Source: the human T2T-CHM13v2.0 reference genome, Homo sapiens. Taken from it: a DNA stretch of 64,000 nt. Under the pieces are notes generated by a model. The model ran no database searches, was not told where the DNA came from, and was given only the letters and a program-made list of their open reading frames with translations. The stretch's first letter is position 1. Each line of letters opens with the position of its first letter. The stretch lies in assembly GCF_009914755.1 (NCBI RefSeq), contig NC_060945.1; one strand, given 5' to 3'. Position numbers and translations under genes: made by a program. Below are positions 39,973 through 56,298 of this stretch, piece after piece.

Positions 39973-40740
39973 ACACATACATAAATATGTGATCAAAGGA
40001 GGGTATAGAAGGCACCAGCTAATTGAGTTACATGCACACACACACTCACAAAAATGACAGCTGACAGCATTCACTTGGTTTTCTCATTTTTGTCCTCCAC
40101 TCTACTCACACATGGCTAGAGCCCTCCTCCTGGAATGTGATAGCAACATGTAATAGTGGCCCCTTCTCTGGACTGGTGCCTGACCATGTAGGGGTCTCAC
40201 CGGGTTTCCAGCTTTGACTGAGGGTCAGGAGCAGAGTCCAACTCATTCTCCCTCCTAACAAGCAGAATTATATCACTCCTTGTGATTGATCCTTTTTTAA
40301 TCTGACCCCAACTGCTGTCTTCATACTTCTTACGTAAGATCACCACCACTGTGTGGTGCATGGGAGACAAGAGTACGGAGTCAAATCCAAGGATACAAAC
40401 TTGATCGGTGCATTGAGTGGAGCCTCACTTCAGTATCACCAAAGACAAAGTCATTCACTCCTCATCGACAGAGTCAACCCCCTTAATTATTTCAGCAGTC
40501 ATTTCTCACTAGAATGTGATTATAACCCCAAGCAGTTCCTCATTATGCATGAACACAGTGGTAATGTTTTAAAGTGAACACAAACATTTTTAGGGTCTCT
40601 ATCTTCTTTCTCAGTGCCCTGCTCCTCAGTGCCCCAGCCTTCCCCCTGGAGCTTCTTTCCCCAGAAGACTGTCTTTACCAGCCCCTGTGGCTCTCCAGAT
40701 GACTCCCAAATCCACCAAGATGAGGGTATAAATCTCAAGA

Positions 40741-40889
40741 CAGTGTTTTCAAAAGTGGGATTTTTGCATCTCCAAAATCTGCAACAACTCAACGCGGTGA
40801 ACCAGATTGTCTTGGGGTGGGGCCCCCGAATGTCATTTTACATGCCCCAAGTGATAAAAATTATGCACTCTCAATATTGAGATCCACAG
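40741..40889. mobile_element. MER5-family fragment
   Basis: 'cagtgttttcaaaagtg'...'ccccaagtgat...tatgcac...ttgagatccacag'. Confidence 0.55.
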
Positions 40890-42384
40890 ACTTCACTCTT
40901 TCCAAATATTTTCAAGTAAGGAGATAACCTTCAAACTACAAAGTAATGAAGCCTGATACGTATCTGAACTGAAGACCCTTTGCTTCCCCATAAGAATGGT
41001 TCTGACTCAGGTAATTAACCACATAGCAGTTTTAGATGTGAAGATCAAGTGGACTAACGGAGCCATATGGAATTGAGATCACATCAGTTTAGGAGGTTAT
41101 TGACTCTGACATCTGACATCAGTTTAAATCTGAAGCCAGAATTTATGAGCTGCTTAAAGGTATGCTTTTAACTTCTAGGAACTAAATGTTCTCATGGTAG
41201 CAAGCACAGTTGGAAATCTTAAGAGACTTAGATTTGCTGGCTTGGGCAGTGGATATGCATGATTACCTGAAATACTGGAAAATGTAAGAGGAATATTAGT
41301 GACTCTGAAGAATTCAGTCAAAGTTGAAGAATCTGGCTATAGATTGCATTTGAGCAGAATCCAGAACTAGTAAATTGGTGAACAATGCCCTACGCACAAT
41401 GTTACTAAATAAATAGTAAGCAGACAATATTTATTTCACGAGTAAGAAAAGTTTAAAGTAACCTCAGAACATTTTTCTTTAAAACCAAGCCATTATTGTC
41501 CTGTAAAGACAATTTCTTTACTAGCAGAAACCATATTTATAGTTTGATTTAGGTCATTGTTACATTATGGTGAAATTCCTCTTGAGTTAATACCATAAAA
41601 GGTAATTTAAGATACTGACTCTTTCCAAATAGAATATTAGTTTCTCTTGTAACCAAATACAATGGTGATACTCTCCAAAAGCAATCCTTTGACTAGAAGT
41701 TGGCCCTCACGTTGGGGCAAAGGTTTTAAGCTTGCTTCGTGCTAAATAAAGGCAGTCAATTCCTTCTTTTTCTTCTATATGGTTGGGCACTGATACTCCA
41801 GAGGGAAAGTTTCCCATAAAGGCAAACATAATATCTCTTCATCTCCTGATACTCCAAAGAGCTCCATTCCAAACAAGCTGATGTTACAGTCTAAGACTAG
41901 ACTCTGTCAATGTATTGTTGCCATCACTCATTTCAGTTTTGCCAAGAACTTCTAAAGCGGTGACAGACCGAATCAGTCTAAGAAAACCCATATGGACATT
42001 CTCTCAAAAGCATATTATAGTAGCTAATGAATACTATATATCTTTAGAAATGATACGGTATAAAGTATTAGATATTTCACAGACCTACACATTGATATAA
42101 GTACACTTTTACTCTTCCCAGAATATGTTTAATTAAATAATAACAAGAACAATGAAAACCTGAATATAAGGTACATTATGTCAAAAGAAATGCTGGGCTT
42201 TGGGACTTTAATTTAGATTTTTTTTTTATTTTTAGTGAAGATCTATTAATTGTGTACTTGGGCCAAGGAGCATATTAAATATCAGTAATTTAAAGAATAA
42301 TAAAAGACTGTCATTACCACACATAAATTCACAACTCAATAGAGAGAAGTGAACATATTACAAATAATTATAAAACAGAGTGTG

Positions 42385-42794
<410 letters not shown>

Positions 42795-43722
42795 TCACAT
42801 GGGGAAAGGAGCAAGTGTAAAGTCAGGGCTGCCTGCAAACACAGTGTCTTTGGGGACTGGATATGGGCTGGAAGGTTCATCATTATGGCATAGAATGGAT
42901 TAAAAAGAATATCAGGAAATAAGGCTAAGAAGCCATGAAAAAGTCTCCATCACTCTTCACAAAATAATGTTATTTTTTGATAGATGATTTTCTAAAGAAA
43001 TAACGTAAAATTTCTTAATAAAAGTAGGCAATATGAAACTGTCCACCAAAATAGGAAATATTTGTGGAAAAAGAATACAATCTTATGACCACATACCCAT
43101 GTGAAGCTGAAAATTCCATTTTACAGAATCATAAACATTGCTTTTTGAAGTCACAGACAACTCTAATAATTCATAATTATAAGGAAACTAAACAGAAAGA
43201 TGCAAACTAGGTCAGGAATGTAGGGCACTAATCATCTGATCCTATTCTGTCCGTTTTAAAATCCTGAAGACTAATTCTTCCAATATGTGGAATTACAAGT
43301 TTGGCTTTTTTCTCATCTTAATGCAAAAGCAAAATAAAAATAAATTCAAATCTTTAGAACTAAAAGTGATGTGTGGGTTTTGGACCATTTCAGCAGGAAT
43401 GGTAGTTTCTTGTGCTCTGTCCTCAGTATTATGGAGTAGTTCAGTGCAGTATTCACAGACATTCTGGGGAAAAACAATCTTATAATAAAGCAGATGAATG
43501 AGTTGTGCTTCAGCCACTCCTCTGCCTGTCCTTCCCTTACCCACCACACTTTAAGGCATTATATTACTGCAAAAGAAGATTCTAAAAAAGCACTCTGCCA
43601 GATGACTGAAAAACAATATATATGTTTTTAAAAAGGAACATTTACTGAAGTAAAAAAAGATCTATAATTCAAGGAGAGTGAGATTTTGAATCTTAATCTT
43701 CCAAAATATGCTCTCATTTTGA

Positions 43723-44129
<407 letters not shown>

Positions 44130-44539
44130 TAGGACAGTGGATTCAAACATAAAAAAAATTAATTGCAACATGGCATGAAAATGAAATAAAACTATATGTT
44201 CTTAGATAATTTCTGAAAAATTCACATCATCTTTGCATGTTTTTTGTCTCCTCTACATGAACAACCATAATCTGTAAGTGTTGAGTCTTAAAGTAGAGCA
44301 ATTTAAAAATGCGTTATTTTGGCAGGCAAATAAAAAACTTTTAAACATTTTTCTCTATATTTCCTAAAAAAAATTATCTTAACTTTCTAATGGGCTATGG
44401 AGATAATAACAAGAGGTCCCAGCTTCTATTAAGATCCTGGAAGGGCTATAGCCAAAACAAACCAAATCGTCTTTTCCAAAACTAAAACCCAACTTCAGAT
44501 CAGCTCAGTCACAGACTGCTTAAGGCTAATCTTCACCTA

Positions 44540-45220
44540 CTTTAATTCTCTGCCAAAAAGAAAAAGTAAATTCTTGCTGGGGGGAAAATACATTAGCAAG
44601 ATCCCCAAATAATCCCTAAAATATTTCATTTCAATTATCTGACATTCAATAAAAAGTTACCAGACATACAAGGAAAACTGACCAAATGACTAAATTGAGA
44701 GAAAAATCAGAATGAATGAAGTCCAGAAAGAAGAACTACTAGAAATAGACCTTACAGTAATTACAATACATCTATTTAGTAAAACAGATGACAAGATGTA
44801 GAATTTCATTTCCCAAACACTGGAATGTATAATAAAGATTTAGTTCTAGACAATGGTAATAAACTAATTGTAGGACTAGCCCTAGAAAACCATCCTGAAA
44901 AATACAATTACTGAAAATAACATATCAATAGGTGAGTTTAACAACAGACCATCTATGATAGAGAATTAATGAGCTAGGTGATAGGTAAAAATAAAAAGAA
45001 GCAAAAAAGTAATTTATGATATTGGTTCAAGATAATTGCTGAGTTGGGGGAGGAGGAATATAGTGCCGAAATGCAAACATCTTCTGGTGTTTTGGCAATG
45101 TTCTATTACTTGAAATGAATAGCGGTTATAAGGGAATATTCACCTTGTGAAAATTCATAAAGTTATGCAGGTAAAAATGCATAAAACTTATCATTCATGT
45201 ACTTTTCTATGTGTATATTT
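44540..45220 (+). mobile_element. Ancient L1M (L1MC/ME-like) fragments
   Basis: 'aaatacaattactgaaaataa...caataggtgagtttaacaacagac' (ORF1-like) and 'ggcaatgttctattacttg...tgtgaaaattcat' (3' UTR-like). Confidence 0.6.
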
Positions 45221-45739
45221 GAGTGAACAAAACATGGACTTTTGGCCTGGGAGTAAAAGCCTCCTGAGCTCAATTATCTTTCCTCCATTTTTTCCAGAGA
45301 AATTTTTCTATTGGTGGGGAAAATAGCTTCTGTTTTCATAATCACGCATGTTGCTGCAATGCAATGATGATGTGATCAAGAGCACCTATCTGCTATGTAA
45401 CCCTGAGTCATGAGTTCGTTTGACTAACCATATCAGAGAAGCTAATGGGGAAAACTCACCCTTTCAACCCAGAACATACATTGAGTGCCTTTTTGTTACT
45501 CTCTGCACATATCCTGTATAGCGTCTTCTGAGCAGCATTTTGCCATAGAGAAGGATATATGACCTTAGGAGGCGACGGATCAGTCTTAAATCTGCTCTTG
45601 GCAATGAATACATTTAACATCTGAGCATCTAAAACCATGGCATGGGAAAGGTTTTTTCCACTCTTAAAATAGGCTGAATTTATAGTGATTTGCTTAGTAA
45701 AACTCCATTTACTAGACAAAAAAATCAGTAAACTATTGC

Positions 45740-45906
45740 TCATGGACCAAACCCAGCTCATATCTTACAAATATACAAATGCAGATTATAAGCCCTGTGA
45801 TCCAAAGATGTTTTTTACATTTTTTACAGAAGTTTTTTAAGAAGTGCTGTGAGATAGAGATTTTTTACTACCAGGTCCTATACAGAAAAAGTTTGTTTAC
45901 TCTTGC
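45740..45906. mobile_element. MER58-like fragment
   Basis: 'ttttactaccaggtcctatacagaaaaagtttgtttactcttg' resembles the MER58 terminus. Confidence 0.55.
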
Positions 45907-45982
45907 ACTGGATCTTTGATCATTTGCCCAAAGTACCTAACAAAATAAAATAAACTCCTGGTTGGAAAATACTAAAATCTTC

Positions 45983-46710
45983 AGTGATGGTTAATTTCAT
46001 GTGTCAACATGGCTAGACCACAGTACCCAGATATTTGGTTAAACACCGGTTTTGATATTTCTGTGAAGGTATTTTTTAGATAAGAGTAGAATTTAAATCA
46101 GTAGACTTTGACTAAAGCAAATTATCCTCCATAATGTGGTAGACCTCATCTAACCATTTGAAGGCCTTAAGAGAAATGAGACTAAGGTCCCATGAGAGTG
46201 AATTCTGCCTCCAGAATGTCTTCAGGCTGGAGCTGCAACATCTGCCCTTCCCTATTTCTCCAGCCTACTGGCCTACTCCACGGATTTTAGACTTGCCAGT
46301 CCCACAGTTACATTAGCCAATTCCTTAAAATAATGTAGGAAAAGTAGGACAGAGATCTAAATTACAGCATTAGGATGATAGTTAACAAAATTACATTGCA
46401 TACTAGAAATTTACTAAGAGAGTAATTTTAGCTAGTTTTACCACACACACACAGACATACATACAAGGGTAACTCTGTGAGATGACGAGTATGTTAATTT
46501 TCTTGTCTCTAGTAATCATTTCAATATGCATATCAAAACACTATGTTATATATTTTAAACATAAATTTAAAAAATACTGTGCATGTATATCTATAGATAG
46601 ATGATATAGATAGACATACATATATCTTGTTTTCTCAGTTCTATTGCTTCTGTTTCTATATTTCTGTTACTCTATTGGCCCTGTTTCTCTGGAGAACCCT
46701 AACTCATACA
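45983..46710 (+). mobile_element. MLT2 (MLT2B/C-like, ERVL) LTR interrupted by an L1M 3' end
   Basis: gtgatggttaatttcatgtgtcaac ... ctgtttctctggagaaccctaactcataca. Confidence 0.88.
46345..46576 (+). mobile_element. L1MA/L1MB 3' end nested in MLT2
   Basis: 'agagatcta...tacagcat...atagttaacaa...ggtaactctgtgagatga...tatgttaatt...atatcaaaaca'. Confidence 0.75.
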
Positions 46711-47256
46711 CCTTTGATAGCCAAACTCTGGCCAAATTATCTTCTCTCAATGACCCAAGAGACAACATATATGAGAAGTAGTAACCTAAAAGACATTAAA
46801 AGAGTAGAAGAGTCAAGTAATACTAGCGTTCTTTTGAGAAGAAAATGAGCTACTGTGATGGATTCATTGCAAAAGAAGAAGAGTGGTTTCAAATTTCTAT
46901 TCATCTTTATATACATTTTCTTTACAATGTGATTTTGAAGCTCCTCTTATCTATTTTCCCACTCCTTGAATCTAGGCTGGCCTTGTGACGTATGCTATTC
47001 CAGCTCTAGACCTCGAAAAGCCTTCCTTACTTTCATTCCGTCTTTTGTTCCTTTGCCTTTTCCGTAAGACAAGTTCAAGCTAGCCAGCTAGAGCTGAAAC
47101 ACAATATAGAGTATAGCCTAGTCATCTCAGCCCCTAGCTCACCAGCTAACTGCAAAAACAATGAACAGCTGAACTCAACTCATATTAGCAGAATTGTCCA
47201 GCAAACAGAGATGCTTAAAAAATAATAAAGTATTGTTATTCTGGAATAATAAAATG

Positions 47257-47970
<714 letters not shown>

Positions 47971-50674
47971 CCCAGCAAACACAGGTGCATGAGAATTAAT
48001 AAATTATTGTTATTCTAAGTAGCAAGTTTTTGAGGTGGTTTATTATATAACATTATTGTGGTGATAGAAAACTGATATATCCTAATTGAGAAACTGAGCC
48101 TGTTATTGTGTCTTTTACCCATCTCTGATCATCTAGCATCTGAGTATGGATGGTCTAGTTCACATGAAGGATGCTAATTGTGCTTAATTTCATACCCACA
48201 GAGAATACACAAAGAAAATCCTGTTTTTGTAAGTCTTGTCAGACATAAAGAATAATTTTCCTGGACTTCTGACAAAAACCAAACCAATCTCAGATTGGAC
48301 AATTTTTTTTCTGATATAGCCAGAATTCAACATGAATGTGGAAAGACCAAGTGATAATTTAATGCAACAAAAACAAAAGCTGTAAATAAAGGAAGAACAC
48401 AGGATGAATTATTTGGGTGTATATACAAGATTTCTGATGAATAGCTTCGAACCTTTTTGAGGAGATTATTAGGCAAGTTGAGATACATTACCTAGGGAAC
48501 GAGTAGATTTGTTTTCTGTTCATGAGAAAAAACTCATAAATAAAATGCAAAGAACTAGAAAATTATATGTTTAATTATCAAATTCAGTAAAAGCCATTCA
48601 ATTATTTTTTAAGCAATCTTAACATTTTGGGGAAGCTTAGTCTCAAATTTTTCAGAAAATGCATCAAAGATGAAACAGCAATTCAATAACAGCAAAGAGT
48701 AAATACATGTTAGTGCTTATTAGTAAGAATCGGAAAACATATACATCATTTGCTACTTAATGAAGAGTAAAAATTGTAGTCCATGCCGATTCTTCATGTT
48801 AAGTTTATTCATACAGAAGTCTCAACATTAAAAAATTCTTCCGAAAAAAAGACATAGCTAAAATCAAAGGAGTACTGAACAAAATTGAGACCCAAAAATC
48901 CATATGAAGAATCAACAAAAACAAAAGTTAGATTTTTCAAAGAATAAACAGGATTGACAGACTGCTGCTTAAATTGACAAAGAAAAAAAGACTAGGGTGA
49001 CATTACAACTGATACCACAAAAATACAAAAGATCCTCAGAGACTGTTATGAACAGAAATGGATAAATGCCTGGAAACACATAACCTCCGAAGATTGAATA
49101 AAGACTGAATTGAAGCCATATACAGACCAATATTGAGGTCTGAAATTCAATCAGTAATAAAAATTCTACCAACCAAAAAAAAAGCCCCAGACTAGATAGA
49201 TTCACAGCCAAATTCTACCAGATGCACAAAGAAGAGTTAGTAATAATTCTACTAAAACTACTCCAAAAACTTGAGCAGGAGGGACTCCCCTGTAATTCAT
49301 TCTATGAAGCCAGCATCACTCCGATACCAAAATCTGACAAAGATACTACAAAAAAGAAAACTATAGGCCAATATTCCTGATGAACAAGACACAAAATTCC
49401 TCAACCAAATGCTAGCAAACATTCAGCAGGACATCAAAGAATTAATTCACCATGATCAACTAGGCTTCATTCTTGGGATGCAAGGTTGGTTCAACATCTA
49501 CAAATCAATAAATGTGCTTCACCACATAAATATAATTAAAACCAAAAACCATATGATCATTTCAGTAGACATGGAAATGCTTTTGTTAAAACCCAACATC
49601 ACTCCATTATTTTTAAAAACTCTCAACAAACTAGACATTGAAGGAACATACCTCAAATAATAAGAGTCATCTATGACAAACCCACAACCAACATCACACT
49701 GAATAGACAAAAGCTGGAAGCATACCCCTTGAGAACTGGAACAAACAAGGATATCCACTCTCACCACTCCTATTCAACATAGTACCTGAAGTCCTAGCCA
49801 GAGTAATCAGGCAAGATAAAGAAATAAAAAGGAATCTAAACAGAAAGAGAAGAAGTCAAAATATCTCTCTTTGCTGATGATATGATTCTATACCTAGAAA
49901 ACCCTAAATATCCTGCCAAGAGGCTCCTGGAATTGATACAGTATTTCAGTAAAGTTTCAGGACACAAAGTTGATGTACAAAAATTAGTAACAATTCAATA
50001 CCCAAAAAACATTCAAGCTGAGAACCAAATAAAAAATACAACCCCATTTACAATAGCCACAAAAAAATAAAATACATAGGAATATACCTAACCAAGGAGG
50101 TGAAAGATGTCTACAAGGAGAGTTATATAACACCGCTGAAAGAAATTATAGATGACACAAACAAGTGGAAAAACATTCCATGATAATATACTGGAAGATG
50201 TAATATCATTAAAATGCCCATACTAACCAAAGCAATCTACAGAATGAATATTATTTCTCTCAAACTACCAATATCATTTTTCACAGAATTAGAAAAAAAA
50301 AACTATTTTAAAATACATTTGGAACCAAAAAAGAGCCTTAATAGCCAAAGCAATCCTAAACAAAAAGAACAAACCTGGAAGCATAACGTTACCTAACTTC
50401 AAACTATACTAAAACACTACAGTAACCAAACAGCAAGGTACTGGTACAAAAAGAGACACATAAACCAATGGAACAGAATACAGTACCCAGAAATAAAGCT
50501 TCATACCTATAGCCATCTGATTTTTGACAAAGTCCACAAAAATAAGCAATGGAGAAAGGAGTCCCTATTCAATAATTGCTGCTGGGACAGCTGACTAGCC
50601 ACATGCAGGTGAAGCTGGACCCTTACCATTCACCATATACAAAAATTAATGCTAAAAAATTTAATGTGAGACCT

Positions 50675-50899
50675 CATATCTTGTGTACCCCATATATATT
50701 TATATAATATATATTATATATTAATATATAATATATACTATATATAATCTCAATGAGGTGTACATATATAAATATATAATATATATTATATTACATATTA
50801 TATATAATGTATTTATAATATAATATATATTATGTAATACATATCTATATATTATGTACCCACAAAAATTAAAAATTAAAACATTTCATAATACAAAAA
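50675..50899 (+). mobile_element. Short L1MA1-3-like 3' tail with internal (TA)-rich expansion, nested in L1PA15/16
   Basis: 'tgtaccccata...tatgtacccacaaaaattaaaaa'; degenerate TSD aatgtgagacct/aatgcaggacct. Confidence 0.7.
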
Positions 50900-51057
50900 A
50901 ATGCAGGACCTTAAACTGTAAGAATCCTGGAAGAAGAAAAGCTAGGAAACACTATTCTGGACATTAGCCTTAGGAAAGAATTTTTTACTAAGTCCTCAAA
51001 AGCAATTGCAACAAAAACAAAATTGGACAATTGGGACCTAAACTAAAGAGTTTCCGT

Positions 51058-51356
<299 letters not shown>

Positions 51357-53169
51357 GAGTTTCTGCACAGCAAAAGAAACTATTAACAGAATGAACAGAC
51401 AAACTACACAGTGGGAGAAAATATTCCCAAACTATGCATCTGACAAAGGTCTAATATTCAGAATCTATAAGGAACTTAAACAATTGAACAAGCAAAAAAC
51501 AAATAACCCTATCAAAACCTGGTCAAAAGACATGAACAGATGTACAGACACTTCTCAAAAGAAAACATACAAGCAGCCAACAAACATATGAAAAACAGAG
51601 AAAGTCAAACCAAAACCACAATGAGATACCATCTCACACGAGTCAGAATGGCTATTATTGAAAAGTCGAAACAGCAGATGCTGGTAAGGCTGTGAAGAAA
51701 AGGGAGTGCTTATACACTGTCAGTGGGAATGTAAATTAGTTCAGCCACTGTGGAAAGCAGTCTGGAGATTTCTCAAAGAACTTAAAATAGCAGTACCATT
51801 ACACCCAGCATTCCCACTACTGGGTATATACCCAAAAGAAAAAGTATTCTACCAAAAAGACACATGCACTTGTATGTTTATTGCAGGACTATTCACAATA
51901 GCAAAGACATGGAATCCACATAAGGTACCCATCAATGGTGGATTTGATAAAGAAAAGATGGCAACAAAAGACACTGGGAACTACTAGAGGGAAGAGAGAT
52001 GGAGGATGACAAGGGCTGAAAAACTAACTATTGGGTACTATCCTCGTTACCTGGGTAATGATGGTGTCATTTGTACCCCAAACGTCAGCATCACACAATA
52101 TACTCATGTAACAAACCTTCACAGGTACCTCTGAATCTAAAATAAAAGTTGAAGTCATTTTTTTATTCTGTTAAGTATATATTATATTACAGTTGTTTTT
52201 GAAGGTTTTTTAACTAGACTACATACACTTCTTCATGAACAACACAAATGCAAGAGATTAAAAATGTGTTTATTTATTCAGGGCTAACAGAAATAATGTG
52301 TAACCTCAATATACCTTTATCCTGATGAATTGAGTTTGGGAGCTAAGTTATCTGGACAAGGGTCTTTAATAATATAAAATAATAAGTGTGTGTTTTCAAG
52401 CAAAACAGGTAACAATTCCCACGCATTTATCTAATGAAAATTATAACTCATCAACTGGAAAAGAAGAAATACTTTTACCTAGATATAGTCAGAATGAATA
52501 CGTATTTTTAAAATTTTCAATTTAATTTGCTATAGTAGCATTGTTTATTGCTGGAAAAGTTGCTTGGGAAATATTTTGATCACATTTCTCCAAAATGTAA
52601 ATCTAGCCATATTTTATTGCACAACTCCAAAACTAAACCTCATCTTTTTTATGAGTTAAGTAACCAATACAAAATATCAGAGCCTCCTGAGTTTCTCATA
52701 CTTTAAAAAAAATAGAAGCAGGGAGAAAAAAATGCCTTTTATAGAATTTCAGGACAACCTCATACATTCTAACTTTTATGACAACCTAAGATTTTCAGAT
52801 TTAAAAGGGGAAATTAAAGATGGTTTCACATTTCATCAACAGTGTGGGAAATAAACATTCAAGAAATTACTTTTGCATCATGTGTCATAATTCATGTGAC
52901 CTTGGCTCAAGGCAAGCTTGTACTACAGTGTTGAGCTGTCAGAGAGAGAGGGGAGAACAGCAGGGCTGAGGCTGAGAGAGATTGTCTTAGCTATGGGCTG
53001 ACTGCAGAGAGGTACCGAACAGTCTAACAGTCACACTGTTATGGGGAAGAGAGGGCTTCAGTTTGATCTGCACTGATGTTATCCTCCAAGACAGCATGGT
53101 CTGCTGAGTGTGTATATTTATAGAACTATTTGCCTGTGGGTTCATGCCTGGCTCTCCTTCCTCTCCTTT

Positions 53170-53625
53170 AGCCCCAACAAACCAACTCTGTTCTGTAACA
53201 TAGCAGGTGGGGTCCACCCTGCAGTCTGCATATCCCAGATCTCAGTATTTGACTTTCTAGCTTCCCATTGAGTTCAGCCAATAGGGAGAACCCTCGGGAG
53301 ATGTGATGATGGAGGGAAGGAAGAAGCTTGGGTAATCTCTCTGTTCCCCTCTGCATTAGGCAGAGTATCCGGAAAGGGCTATATCTTCACCAAGCTCCCG
53401 TGCCCTCTGCACTAAAACTGCTGTGGTTCTAGCTTCTATTAGGCCACTCTATTCCTGGAGTCTGGCAAAACTGCCTTCTCCAGTCCTGTAATAACTAATG
53501 TATTGGTTAGCTCCCCATTCCTTTTGGTATCTCAGCTCTTCCGCCATCTATGTGATCAATTTCTACAAATTAATCGTTCTTGGTTTTAATATTTGGAATT
53601 GTTTCCATTTGTTCTGACTGATACA
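53170..53625 (+). mobile_element. Old ERVL-class LTR (family uncertain)
   Basis: 'ccctgcagtctgcatatcccag...gttcagccaatagggag' and the end 'ctgactgataca'. Confidence 0.5.
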
Positions 53626-54313
53626 ATGAGAATTTATCTGTCCCTTGGATTTCATGGGTAGAGGCAGTAATTCCACTTGGAGTGGGTGGGCTCTTTCATA
53701 GTGGTTCATGAGGGCTATGGACTATAAAGACAGGATGTATGCCCCATCCTCATGCGGAAAGGGATTGTAAGAGATGTTTAACAGTCCCAGAAAGGTGGGC
53801 TGGGAATCACAGCAGATACACAGTCTAAAAGAAGGATCAAGAATACACTCAGGTTCCAAGGCTGAGGCCCATTCACACGACCTATAACTGTAGCAGGAGT
53901 GGTTGAGGAGGGGGGGGTGGAAGGAAAGTCTGTAATTCAGGGGATATATGGGCTCACTCTAGGCACACAAAATATTTTATTTAAGGAAGCAAGTCTCACA
54001 CCAGTCCCAAATCATGCATGGAGATAGCCTTCCCAATTCTTCCCAGATTAGTGAAAATTGGCCCAGGGACTGGGTGAAGCTGAGCTCATCAAATTTAAGG
54101 GTTTGGGAATTCACCTTCAGGTAAAACTGAAATAAACATCTTTTGAAAGATCCCAGCAAAATTATTGCTAGTGATAAAACCAGCTTCCAAGATTTGGTAA
54201 TGTTTTCTATTCTTCTAATCACTCTTCTACTCTTGTAATTCTATTCAGACCATTTGTCCTGTTTTCTCTTTCAAAATACCATTTATCTTCAATGTCAATA
54301 ATCCTTTCTAGAA

Positions 54314-54479
54314 TCTTGCTGGTCAAAGTGTGGTGCAAAGATGGGCAGCCTTGGTATCATCTGGCAGCTTATTAAAAATTCAGAATCTCAGGCTCCACCT
54401 TAGGTTTACTGAATTAGAATCTGCATTTGAACAAGATGCCCAGGGGATTCATGCATACATTAAAGTTTTAGAAGCACTT
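54314..54479. mobile_element. MER5A1/MER5B
   Basis: 'tcaaagtgtggt...cagaatctcaggctccacc...gaatctgcatttgaacaagatgcccaggggattcatgcatacattaaagtttt'. Confidence 0.85.
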
Positions 54480-56298
54480 TAGGAGAAAGTAATTTAATTC
54501 AAGTAGCAACTAATATGATTAAAACACTCTTAGCATAGTATTAGAGCACAGAGAAGAATTTTTTTCCTTAAAGATTACAGTGAACCATAAAATACACACA
54601 AACAAAAAAGTTAATGTGAGTTCAGGATTTTATTTTTTTACTTATATACTGCATGAAACCAACGAGCCCTAGATGATTTATTTAACCCTTTTCTGTTTAT
54701 TCTACATGACAAATATTAATATAAGGGCTGTTGGCATAAAATGAGAGGCAGCAGCAAGAATGAAGACTGGTCAAAGGGACAAATCATAGGACTGAACATC
54801 AAAGAACCTTAATTTTCTTCCCATGTTTATGACCTCTCTGCTATGTGCTTGGATGCATAATGCCTCTTCCCTTGCTAAAAATGTTTATTCCACTGGAAGT
54901 TTATCGTATAATCAGAATGAATAATGGTCATACTATGCAAATTTTATATAATATTAGAGAGTCTTGTAGAATTTTGCTCAAAATGCTAATACCAAATTAC
55001 AGATTTACCAAGATATTTGGAATAGAAAGTATTAAAGTGGTTAAAGGCTGGTGGGGGGAAAAGAGTAGAGCTTTCCAGGTTAAAAAATAAAATAAAAAAA
55101 TAAGTTTTGTTTTTATGTCAAAGTCTTTTTGAAAATTATTTTTCTTTTTTTGGAGAGAGGAGGCATCTTCCTAATAACACCAGAAAATATATTAAGTATG
55201 TAAAGAGAGAAAAGCTGTCTACCTAACATCCTGAAAATACTGAGTGATTGAAGATAAGAAGACAAAGGAGTCGTAAAAGCTCTGGAAAACATTGAGGGAA
55301 AGTAATCAATAAACTTTCTACCATCAAGATTTTAAAGTAAAGCTGTGTATTATGTCTGCTTTAAGTTGTATGACTCCAAGTCCCCAGTAGAGAGGTAACC
55401 ATTACATTACAGTTTCCTTTGATTCCTTACCACTTCACACGATTTTTTGGTAAAATTCCCTATGTAGTGGCCTTAAAAAATATTATTTAGTATATTTAAA
55501 ATTTGTATATGTTATAATATAGCCTAAGTTTTTAAAATATGAGTGTATTTATGACTCATTTTTATTTTAAGATGTAAGTACATATTCCTAAATCTGATAT
55601 AGGGTTCTAGTTGCACTGACTGTTGAAAACTGACATCTGAGTTGGAAAGGAGAGAAATGTTTAAAATAGAGACATGTTGAACTCACCAAATAAGGAGGGA
55701 AAGAAGAGAGAAGAAGAAGAAAAGAAATAAGAATGTATGTTTCTGCAAGTTCAACAATTATGTGTGTTAACGCAGGAGCTTAAAGTAGGAGCTCTGGAGT
55801 ACACAGACTCAGAGCACCATGAACATAGTTGGGAGGCACAGCAGGTTAACAGAGATACGGAGTGAAGAGATAGCTGGAGGATGCATGGCCTATAGGATCT
55901 ATTGCTTGGAAGAAGTCAGGAGGGCACAAGACAAGCTGAGACTGCAGTGAAAGACCTGAATTTTCCACCTTGAGAGGATGAGCTATAGTGAAGTGCCTTC
56001 ATTTGCCCAAGCCCTCAAAGCTAACTCAGAAGTTAACTCCTTAATACAGTTTTCTTTAATGTCCAGATTCAAGACACCCTTTGCTCTTTACTCTTCCCCA
56101 GTACTTTTCCTCTGCATACTCTTATAAATATGGTAGCCATGAATCTCAGTCTGCAAACCCAATTTTTTTAACTTTAAAATTTTTAGGCTTTAAATCCAGC
56201 ATTTTAAAAACTTTTGATCTAATTTAATCTGTCTCAGAGTCCCTAAAATCCACAGAGATTATGAGAATGTCAATCCCAAACAACCCTGAAGCCACTAC

